64,000 nucleotides of DNA, from NCBI GenBank assembly GCA_050258415.1, contig JBLMYS010000147.1, forward strand, positions 3,246-67,245, read 5' to 3'. Position numbers and translations under genes: made by a program. Of the stretch, positions 9,472 through 17,131 are shown in pieces (position 1 is the first letter of the stretch; each line of letters starts with the position of its first letter). Under the pieces are notes generated by a model. That model was not told the origin of the DNA. It ran no database searches and saw only the letters and a list, made by a program, of their open reading frames with translations. Origin of the DNA: Acidobacteriota bacterium (lineage in GTDB: Bacteria; Bacteroidota; Ignavibacteria; Ignavibacteriales; SURF-24).

Positions 9472-9513
9472 CCTTGAGCCTCAAACTTTGAACCTTGAAC
9501 CTTGAACTTTATT
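9472..9513 (+). repeat. Heptamer tandem array, CCTTGAA type (5-6 units)
   Basis: ccttgag cctcaaa ctttgaa ccttgaa ccttgaa ctttatt. 9484-9508 is 25/25 identical to 40783-40807. Confidence 0.8.
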
Positions 9514-9552
9514 TTCTTATATATCCGTAATAAAGAAATTACAATTAATTTT

Positions 9553-12546
9553 ATGCATAGCACAACACAGCACTTCAGCCTTGAGGACATGATTGGCCAG
9601 CGATACAGGAAATTCCAAAAGCTGATGCCTTTTAAGATACGCGAGATTCTGCTCGTTTCGAGCCTTTATGACGCTTACCTCTTTGAAGAGGACGGGCGCC
9701 TCTATGAACTAATAAGAAAGGAATACCAGGCCCTGAACCTAAGCCACGCTCCCGAGATAACTCACGTCTCAAGCGGCATCGAGGCCGTCCAGCTGGCAAA
9801 GGAAACCCGCTTCGACCTTATTATTACCACCATGCATATCGAGGATATGCACGTCGTTAAATTTGCCAAAGCTGTCCGTAACGCAGGCCTGAATATTCCA
9901 ATTATTCTCCTTGCCTACGATAACCGTGAAAGAAAGGAACTGGTTACCAACTACGACACGTCCGTCTTTGAACAGGTATTCATCTGGCAGGGCGACTACC
10001 GCCTGCTTATCGGTATCGTTAAAAGCGTGGAGGATAAATTAAACGTCGATAACGACACGAAGTTCATTGGCGTGCAGTCCATTATTCTCATAGAGGATAA
10101 CGTAAAATTCTATTCCTCATACCTGCCTATCATTTATACAGAGGTCCTGAAACAGTCTCAACGCCTTATATCCGAGGGCGTTAATCTCTCGCATAAATTT
10201 CTAAGGATGCGTGCAAGGCCTAAGATCCTTCTGTGTACAACTTATGAGGAGGCATGGGGCTATATAGAGAAATATTCAGAGTACATTCTGGGCGTAATAT
10301 CCGACATTAACTTTACTCATTACGGCATCAAGGACCCGGAGGCAGGAATTAAATTCGCACGGAATGTTAAGGCAATCCACGAGGATATCCCCGTTCTCCT
10401 GCAGTCGAGTAACGCTCAGCACGCCGAAAGCGCCAGAAACGTTGGGGCATCGTTCCTTCTGAAGAATTCCCCCAGACTTTTACACGAATTGCAGGAATTT
10501 ATCATACACCGTTTTGGCTTCGGCGACTTTATCTTCTATACCCCTGACGGCAGAGAAGTTGGAATTGCAACAAACCTTAAGGAACTCGAGGAACAGCTTA
10601 AAAGAGTCCCGGATGAAACCATACAGTATCACGCCGAAAGAAATCACTTTTCCAACTGGCTTAAGGCAAGGACCGAGTTCTGGCTTGCTCATAAGCTCAG
10701 GCCTCACAAGGTGAGCGATTTCCCGAGCATAAATCACTTAAGGCAGGAACTGATCAGCTCACTGCACGAGTACCTGGAGCTCCGTACAAGAGGCATTATA
10801 ACAGATTTTTCAAAAACCTCGTTCGACCCGCAAAACAGTTTCGCCCGAATTGGGGGCGGATCCATTGGCGGAAAGGCCCGCGGCCTGGGATTCTTGAATA
10901 ATTTGATTTACAACTATAACCTTCGCGACCGCTTCCCGGGTGTTAAAATGTTCGTCCCCGCGGCTGTTGTAATTGCAACTGACGTGTTCGACAGCTTCAT
11001 AGAAGCAAATGAGCTCGTCAATTTCTCACTTAATGCCACAGATGATGAGGAGATTGCAAGAAGGTTTGTTGATGCTAAAGTCTTCCCAAAAGACGTAAAA
11101 CGCAAGCTTGCAGACTTTCTAGATATGGTCCATGAGCCGCTCGCCGTACGTTCTTCCAGCCTCCTTGAGGATTCGCAGTACCAGCCTTTCGCCGGCGTCT
11201 ATGAGACTTACATGCTTCCGAACAATGACGAGGACCCAGACGTAAGATTGAAGGAACTGCTTAACACAATAAAAAGAGTTTATGCCTCCACATTTTTCAA
11301 AGCGGCTAAAGACTACATGAAAGTTACCAGCTACCGCCTTGAAGAAGAAAAAATGGCGGTCATTATCCAGCGCATGGCGGGAAGTCAGCACGAAAACCGC
11401 TTCTATCCCGATTTTGCTGGCGTGGCAAGAAGCTATAACTTTTATCCCGTCTCTCCGCAGAAGCCGACCGACGGAATTGCAATGGTGGCCCTTGGGCTCG
11501 GTAAAACCGTTGTCGACGGCGGCAACTCGGTCCGCTTTTGCCCGAAATACCCCAGACACCTCATGCAGTTTTTCTCAACAAAGGAAACGGTCAGAAACGC
11601 CCAGCAGGAGTTCTTTGCTCTTAACCTGCACAGCAATATCAGGAATAAGACCGCACAGTGCCACGACGTGCTTGTGCAGCATTACGACCTCAGCGTCGCG
11701 GAAAAAGACGGCACACTATATGCCGCAGGCTCTACATTTTCACCCGAAAACGATCAGGTCTACGACGGCATTTCACGTCACGGACAAAGAGTAGTTACTT
11801 TCGCACCAGTCCTTAAACATAAGGTCTTCCCGCTACCCGATATACTGGATCTGATACTTGACCTTGGAAGCTGGGGCATGGGTACACCGGTCGAAATTGA
11901 ATTCGCCGTAAATATGAGCGTTGAGCGCGGCACACCTAAAGAATTTGCACTCCTTCAGATGCGCCCGCTCGTACTATCAAATGAGGCAGAAGAGCTTAAT
12001 GTAGATGAGTTTAACGGTGACGACCTCCTGGTCCAGAGCAGCCAGGTTTTGGGTAACGGCGTCATTAGCGATATTTACGACATTGTTGTTGTCGACCGCG
12101 AAAAGTTTGAAAGAAATAAAAGCCGCGAGGCTGCACTCGAAGTCGGAATGTTTAATTCAAGACTTTTGGAAGAAAAACGCCCCTACCTTTTAATCGGCGT
12201 CGGCCGCTGGGGCTCACTCGACCAGTGGCTCGGAATTCCGGTTACGTGGGACCAGATCTCAGGAGCACACACAATAGTTGAATCGGGCTTTAAGGATTTC
12301 AGTGTTACGCCTTCGCAGGGCTCGCACTTCTTCCAGAATATCACCTCGTTCCGTGTGGGCTACTTTACCGTAAACAGCTTTGAGCACAAGGGTTTTATCG
12401 ACTGGGAGTGGCTTTCGTGCCAGGAAGTTCATGCTTCGGCCCGTTACACCAGGCACCTGAGGTTCGATAAGCCGATTACAATTAAAATAAACGGCCACCA
12501 GAATAAAGGAATTATTCTTAAACCGGGTACCAACGGCAAGGGCTAG
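9553..12546 (+). CDS. Receiver-domain (one degenerate, one canonical) fused to a PEP/pyruvate-binding (PPDK_N-type ATP-grasp) domain protein with no recognisable phosphohistidine swivel domain
   Basis: The track ORF starts at TTG 9502 inside a repeat array. ATG 9553 (MHSTTQHF..) is preferred. The first REC-like region (ILLVSSLYD.. DLIITTMHIEDM) lacks the acceptor Asp context. The second has IILIEDN .. LGVISDINF. The nucleotide-binding motif GGGSIGGKARGLGFL is typical of the PEP synthase/PPDK N-terminal domain. No GGxTSH motif is present. Confidence 0.7.
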   Translation: MHSTTQHFSLEDMIGQRYRKFQKLMPFKIREILLVSSLYDAYLFEEDGRLYELIRKEYQALNLSHAPEITHVSSGIEAVQLAKETRFDLIITTMHIEDMHVVKFAKAVRNAGLNIPIILLAYDNRERKELVTNYDTSVFEQVFIWQGDYRLLIGIVKSVEDKLNVDNDTKFIGVQSIILIEDNVKFYSSYLPIIYTEVLKQSQRLISEGVNLSHKFLRMRARPKILLCTTYEEAWGYIEKYSEYILGVISDINFTHYGIKDPEAGIKFARNVKAIHEDIPVLLQSSNAQHAESARNVGASFLLKNSPRLLHELQEFIIHRFGFGDFIFYTPDGREVGIATNLKELEEQLKRVPDETIQYHAERNHFSNWLKARTEFWLAHKLRPHKVSDFPSINHLRQELISSLHEYLELRTRGIITDFSKTSFDPQNSFARIGGGSIGGKARGLGFLNNLIYNYNLRDRFPGVKMFVPAAVVIATDVFDSFIEANELVNFSLNATDDEEIARRFVDAKVFPKDVKRKLADFLDMVHEPLAVRSSSLLEDSQYQPFAGVYETYMLPNNDEDPDVRLKELLNTIKRVYASTFFKAAKDYMKVTSYRLEEEKMAVIIQRMAGSQHENRFYPDFAGVARSYNFYPVSPQKPTDGIAMVALGLGKTVVDGGNSVRFCPKYPRHLMQFFSTKETVRNAQQEFFALNLHSNIRNKTAQCHDVLVQHYDLSVAEKDGTLYAAGSTFSPENDQVYDGISRHGQRVVTFAPVLKHKVFPLPDILDLILDLGSWGMGTPVEIEFAVNMSVERGTPKEFALLQMRPLVLSNEAEELNVDEFNGDDLLVQSSQVLGNGVISDIYDIVVVDREKFERNKSREAALEVGMFNSRLLEEKRPYLLIGVGRWGSLDQWLGIPVTWDQISGAHTIVESGFKDFSVTPSQGSHFFQNITSFRVGYFTVNSFEHKGFIDWEWLSCQEVHASARYTRHLRFDKPITIKINGHQNKGIILKPGTNGKG

Positions 12547-12580
12547 TCCCTTGCCTGCCTGAGAATTTGTCCTCCCCGAA

Positions 12581-13000
12581 TTAATTACTTTTCCGGTGAA
12601 TGGTAAAAGCCATGTCTTTAACCGTATTCTTTACGTCCAGAACGGACACGGTAATTGTGTTGTATTCATCTTCAAGATGTATTCTTCGCTGGAATTTGTA
12701 CCTGTCGCCCTCGGGTAAAAACCTGGCCTTCTTTCCGTTTATTTTAACCGCCTGAATTTTGTTTGCCGTTTTGATGGTCCCGAAAATTGTAACGTCGGTT
12801 TGCCTCGTAAACAGGATTCCGCCCTCTTCCACAAAGCCAAGTTCGGTTTCAATTGTGTGGGCCTCGGGTACATTAACCTCTATTGTCATCCGGTTGACTT
12901 CACTGAGTGAGTCTTTTTCAACAAAATCCGGCCGGATATTTGTGAGAGCCGGGGCCGAGAGGGAAAACATAAGTAATAAAATATTCATTACCGCACGCAT
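12581..13000 (-). CDS. Small secreted hypothetical protein
   Basis: 139 aa with N-terminal signal-like MRAVMNILLLMFSLSAPALT. No motif recognised. Confidence 0.5.
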   Translation of the reverse strand: MRAVMNILLLMFSLSAPALTNIRPDFVEKDSLSEVNRMTIEVNVPEAHTIETELGFVEEGGILFTRQTDVTIFGTIKTANKIQAVKINGKKARFLPEGDRYKFQRRIHLEDEYNTITVSVLDVKNTVKDMAFTIHRKSN

Positions 13001-13122
13001 GCTGCCTCCGCTGATATAGAATAATTAAAACGGAAAAGAATAGCGCTGAATACGGCACAATATTAGGAATTTATTTCCGAAGTGGCAACAGCTCCAAATA
13101 ATATTTTCTTAATTTCTTCGTG

Positions 13123-13130
13123 TACTTTTG
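13123..13130 (+). promoter_or_regulatory. Bacteroidetes-type -7 box candidate (TACTTTTG = TAnnTTTG)
   Basis: Lies 44 nt upstream of ATG 13174. Confidence 0.35.
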
Positions 13131-13173
13131 TATCTTTGATATTCAAATTCAGTAATTCTGTATTTTATAAATT

Positions 13174-14478
13174 ATGCCCCATTCACTAAGTTTATCAAGA
13201 ATATTCAGGTTCTGGCTGCCACTTTCGGCAACATGGCTAATGATGTCTGTTGAAGGGCCTTATCTTTCTGCTATTATTGCAAGAATGCCCCGTGCCGAGT
13301 ATAATCTTGCAGCCTATGGTGTAGCCTTCTCATTTGCCATGATTATGGAAGCCCCTATCATTATGATGATGAGCGCGTCTGTGGCAATTATAAAAAACAG
13401 GTATACTTTCCTTAAGCTCAGAAGTTTTGCATATGCGCTGAACACTATTATAACGGCTTTAATTGTTCTTTTTATATTGCCTCCTGTCTTTTACTATGTG
13501 GCGGAAAACCTCGTCAGGCTGCCTTCTGAAGTTGCCCGGCTTACGCATATTGCAACAATTATACTTATTCCCTGGCCTGCCGCCATCGGCTACAGAAGGT
13601 TTTACCAGGGTATACTCATCAGAAATAACCTTACGCGCAGGGTTGCCTATGGTACAATTGTAAGGCTAAGCTCAATGTCTCTTACGGCTCTTGTACTTTT
13701 CCTTACTACAAGTCTTAACGGAGCAATTGTTGGGGCTTCAGGCCTTTCGATGGGGGTTGTGTGCGAGGCTATTGCAAGCAGGATAATGGCGGCTAAAATA
13801 GTGAAAAAACTGAAGCATGAAGAAGTCTCTTTTCCGGAAGAACAGATTTCATATAAAGAGATAATTAACTTTTATTACCCGCTTGCACTAACCTCCATTC
13901 TAACCCTGGCCGTAAACCCTATGATAACATTCTTCATGGGGCAGAGCCGTATGCCTTTGGAGTCACTTGCCGTTCTTCCAGTGGTAAATTCTTTTATTTT
14001 CATATTCAAGAGTTTCGGCGTTTCTTACCAGGAGACTTCAATTGCCCTTCTGGGTGAAAACAAGAAAGAATATCCACCACTCAGGAACTTCGCCTGTATT
14101 CTTGGAGTAGCTTCTACTGCAGCCCTGGTGCTTATAGCTTTTCTTCCTTTGGCAGACGTGTGGTTTATCGATATTTCCGGGTTATCCAAGGTCCTTGCAT
14201 CAATTGCAAGGCCGCCTTTAATGATACTTGCCCTGATTCCGGGGCTGGAAGTTTTAATTAACTTTCAGAGGGCCATACTTGTGGATTCGAGGGCAACGAG
14301 GTATATAACAACTGCAACTGCAATTGAAGTTGGCGGAATTATCCTCACCTTATTCATTACAATTAAATATTTTTCTTTTATTGGTGTAGTTGCCGCAGCC
14401 CTTGCAATGCTTTTAGGCCGCATAGGCGCCAATATCTACCTTTTTCCCCCGTTTTGGAAACATCTGCCCGAAAAATAA
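13174..14478 (+). CDS. Polytopic membrane protein, MATE/MOP-superfamily-like
   Basis: 434 aa with about 12 hydrophobic segments. The N-terminal pattern FWLPLSATWLMMSVEGPYLSAIIARM..LAAYGVAFS resembles MATE/MOP exporters. The family call is tentative. Confidence 0.5.
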   Translation: MPHSLSLSRIFRFWLPLSATWLMMSVEGPYLSAIIARMPRAEYNLAAYGVAFSFAMIMEAPIIMMMSASVAIIKNRYTFLKLRSFAYALNTIITALIVLFILPPVFYYVAENLVRLPSEVARLTHIATIILIPWPAAIGYRRFYQGILIRNNLTRRVAYGTIVRLSSMSLTALVLFLTTSLNGAIVGASGLSMGVVCEAIASRIMAAKIVKKLKHEEVSFPEEQISYKEIINFYYPLALTSILTLAVNPMITFFMGQSRMPLESLAVLPVVNSFIFIFKSFGVSYQETSIALLGENKKEYPPLRNFACILGVASTAALVLIAFLPLADVWFIDISGLSKVLASIARPPLMILALIPGLEVLINFQRAILVDSRATRYITTATAIEVGGIILTLFITIKYFSFIGVVAAALAMLLGRIGANIYLFPPFWKHLPEK

Positions 14479-14512
14479 AAAAGGCTGCCATGAACCTCTT
14501 CATAACAGCCTT
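14470..14512. terminator. Bipartite hairpin between convergent genes, with a U-tract for the minus-strand GHL10 gene
   Basis: aaggctg/cagcctt (14481-87 / 14506-12) stacked on atgaa/ttcat (14490-94 / 14499-14503). The A-run 14470-14480 gives a T-run on the minus strand. Confidence 0.5.
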
Positions 14513-14532
14513 CTATCATCTTTGCAGTAGAT

Positions 14533-16962
14533 TTATTTAACTATTATCATCTTCTTCGTTGAGATAAAGCCGTTCGTCTTTAGTGTGTAAAAATAAATAC
14601 CGCTTGTAACGCTGAACCTGTCGGCGTTGAACTCTATGCTGTGGCTTCCCGAGGTCTGGTACCTGTCAACAAGCACAGCTATCTCATTGCCTAAAACATC
14701 AAATACACTCAGCCTTACGTGCGTATCCTTGGCCAGTGAATACCTGATCACTGTTGAAGGATTAAAAGGATTGGGGAAATTCTGTTTAAGCGAGTATTCC
14801 CTCACCTGAAGATCCTTCTGTTCTTTCTCTGCCTTCTCCTCTTTGACACCTGAAACAGAAGTTGTAAGAAACGCCCATCTGGCCGACCAGCCGGTTTCTG
14901 CAGATGCGTTTTTGGCCTTTACATGCCAGTAATAATAACTTCCAGTCTGAAGTGGCTTTGTGAGCGCAAATGCAGTATCAGTAATGACGGTATCGGCAAC
15001 TATATTCATATAATCCTGATCTGAACTTAACTGCAGCCTGTATGAAGTGGCACTCAGTACCCTTGGCCACTTAAATTTAGGGTTAAGAACTACATCCGTT
15101 GCAGTATTTTTAGGCTCCGATAATACCGGAGTGCTCATTACACTTGATTCGAACTCAAAAGGAGCAGAGTACTCACTGTTTCCGCCCGGTCCTGCGGCTT
15201 TTACCCTCCAGTAATACTGTACTCCCGGCATTACAGAATTGTACGCAAAAGATAATTTTCTGTGTTCAGGAGCATAGGCTACAATACTCTTGAACTGGCT
15301 GTCTTTTGCTATCTGCAATGCGTAGCTCTCGGCCAATGGGACACTATTCCACGTAAGTGTTGCTGTGTTAACCAGATTAGCTGCATGATCTGCAGGTGAC
15401 TTCAGAACCGGCATTACAGGTATCTGGTCAGGCTGGTTCATCTGGAAGACGTTGCTCATAGCACTTTCATTTGAATAACGGTCGACAGCGGTAACCACAT
15501 AATAGTTGCCATTTGTAACTGAATACTTTGCATAGGCCGGTGAAAGCGTCGTTTCGCCGCAGGTGCCAAGTATCTTCGAAGGATCGTTCAGCATATCCTG
15601 TGTGGGTGCACTCTCAAAGCGGTAAACTATATAGAAAAACGCAGCATCACCGTCCTGGGAGGCCTGCGGGGCATCCCACTTAAGCTCATATTTACCTGTG
15701 GTTGTATTTTTTTCAGCCCTCAGATTCAGCGGGGCATTCGGCTTCATGTTGCTTCCCTGAAGCCAGGCCATCTTTGGGGTAATAGCCGCATAAAGGTTAA
15801 AGTTATGAATCAGTGAATCTGTACATCCTGCGTAGTTCTTGTCTGTAAGGCTGTTTGAATTGTAAAATACACCGCCTTTTACGGTTGGGGTTGAACGGTT
15901 GGTTTTCATTTCCCAGCCAAGCTCATTCGGCGTAAAACCGCTCTCGGTGTATCTGTAGGACGGAAGCCCGATATACAAATGTCTTCCGTTCAGGAATGAA
16001 TCTCCCGACCAATTCGGAAGCCTGCCGTAATAACCAGCCCAGTAAAGCTGCGGCATAATGTAATCAATATAAGAAGTGCCGCTGTGGGGTTTACCAGACA
16101 TGTCGGTATATTTTCCCTGCAGCCATCCGGGGGTATCGCAATAAATTCCTGTATTTACAGATGGATTTCCCGAAGGGCTGATGCCGAACTTAACCCAGGG
16201 TTTTACGGCCTTAATGCTGTCGTTAATGGCAGCAAGAAGCATATTGACGTTGTTCATACGCCATTCGGCTTTGGTTGAAAATGTGCCTTTATACGTGTTA
16301 TAGGCGGCATCGTCATTAAATGTACCGTATTCTGTATAAGGATAAAAATAATCGTCAAAGTGAATGCCGTCTACATCATAGCGGCGCACAATATCCATAA
16401 TTACCTTAAGCAGGTAGGCTCTTACTTCCGGAAGTCCCGGGTTCAGGAACTTATACGGATATGATGTGCTGGAATTTACGCATGTAATTACCCATTCCGG
16501 ATGGAGTACTGCAACATTGTTCGGTGCAAGTGAAGCAGGGTTTTCACCCGTTGCCGTTACACGGTAAGGATTAAGCCATGCGTGAAGTTCCATACCTCTT
16601 TTATGGGCCTCATCAACTGCGAAGGTAAGGGGATCATAATTAGGGTCCGACGGTGCCGTTCCCTGCTTTCCTGTCAGATATGTCGACCATGGCTCAATTG
16701 TGCTCTTGTAAACAGCATCACATTTGGGCCTTATATGAAAGAATATTGCGTTTAGTCCGTAAGACTTGTGCTGATTAAAGATTGTAACGAGCTGACTCTT
16801 CTGTGCACTAATGGCGCTGGCGTCTGTCCCCTTAGTTGAGGGCCAGTCAATCCCCAGTGAAGCAACCCACACCCCCCTTAGTTCCTGTTTGGGGGAAACC
16901 TGTGGAAAAGATAAAACGGACATGGAAAGGACAAAAAATAAACAGTAAATAATTTTTTTCAT
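14533..16962 (-). CDS. T9SS cargo: GHL10 (glycoside hydrolase-like family 10 / DUF187) protein with FN3-like domains and CTD
   Basis: The track ORF extends to 17070, but ATG 16962 (MKKIIYCLFFVLSMSVLSFPQ) gives a signal peptide. ELRGVWVASLGIDWPS and HAWLNPYRV..DGIHFDDYFYP are typical of GHL10. Three FN3-like modules (YYWRVKA.., YYWHVKA..). CTD KQNFPNPFNPSTVIRYSL. Confidence 0.8.
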   Translation of the reverse strand: MKKIIYCLFFVLSMSVLSFPQVSPKQELRGVWVASLGIDWPSTKGTDASAISAQKSQLVTIFNQHKSYGLNAIFFHIRPKCDAVYKSTIEPWSTYLTGKQGTAPSDPNYDPLTFAVDEAHKRGMELHAWLNPYRVTATGENPASLAPNNVAVLHPEWVITCVNSSTSYPYKFLNPGLPEVRAYLLKVIMDIVRRYDVDGIHFDDYFYPYTEYGTFNDDAAYNTYKGTFSTKAEWRMNNVNMLLAAINDSIKAVKPWVKFGISPSGNPSVNTGIYCDTPGWLQGKYTDMSGKPHSGTSYIDYIMPQLYWAGYYGRLPNWSGDSFLNGRHLYIGLPSYRYTESGFTPNELGWEMKTNRSTPTVKGGVFYNSNSLTDKNYAGCTDSLIHNFNLYAAITPKMAWLQGSNMKPNAPLNLRAEKNTTTGKYELKWDAPQASQDGDAAFFYIVYRFESAPTQDMLNDPSKILGTCGETTLSPAYAKYSVTNGNYYVVTAVDRYSNESAMSNVFQMNQPDQIPVMPVLKSPADHAANLVNTATLTWNSVPLAESYALQIAKDSQFKSIVAYAPEHRKLSFAYNSVMPGVQYYWRVKAAGPGGNSEYSAPFEFESSVMSTPVLSEPKNTATDVVLNPKFKWPRVLSATSYRLQLSSDQDYMNIVADTVITDTAFALTKPLQTGSYYYWHVKAKNASAETGWSARWAFLTTSVSGVKEEKAEKEQKDLQVREYSLKQNFPNPFNPSTVIRYSLAKDTHVRLSVFDVLGNEIAVLVDRYQTSGSHSIEFNADRFSVTSGIYFYTLKTNGFISTKKMIIVK

Positions 16963-17012
16963 AAGCGCTTCCACTATATCTGAATGTTGGTTATTTAGCA
17001 CTCTGAAAATAG

Positions 17013-17020
17013 CAAATTTA
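17013..17020 (-). promoter_or_regulatory. -7 box candidate TAAATTTG (TAnnTTTG) upstream of GHL10 gene 14533-16962
   Basis: The minus strand reads TAAATTTG. Lies 51 nt upstream of ATG 16962 and downstream of the 17069-17103 terminator. Confidence 0.4.
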
Positions 17021-17068
17021 TACTGAATTCTGAATAGAATTTCGGGGAATAATTGAAGTAAAAGGAGC

Positions 17069-17103
17069 AAAAAAAAGCGGCAGACCCAATTGGGCCTGCC
17101 GCT
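17069..17103 (-). terminator. Intrinsic terminator of GHL10 gene 17132-19534
   Basis: 12-bp stem agcggcagaccc/gggcctgccgct (one mismatch), loop aatt, followed on the minus strand by 8 T. Confidence 0.8.
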
Positions 17104-17131
17104 TTGTAAACTATTACTATATGTATAAGGT

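Noticed and set aside
9472-9513. The heptamer arrays (here and at 34931, 40757 and 47174) as possible CRISPR arrays.
   Set aside because: The units are 7 nt with no spacers, the arrays are under 60 nt, and no cas genes are present. They are tandem microrepeats, not CRISPR.
9502-9552. N-terminal extensions offered by the ORF track at 9502 (TTG), 9329 (TTG), 17070, 30223 (GTG), 30728 (TTG), 35107 (TTG), 47462, 53447, 54690 and 57600.
   Set aside because: In each case an internal ATG gives a canonical N-terminus (signal peptide or family-typical start), often with an SD. The extension overlaps a repeat array, a terminator or the preceding gene.
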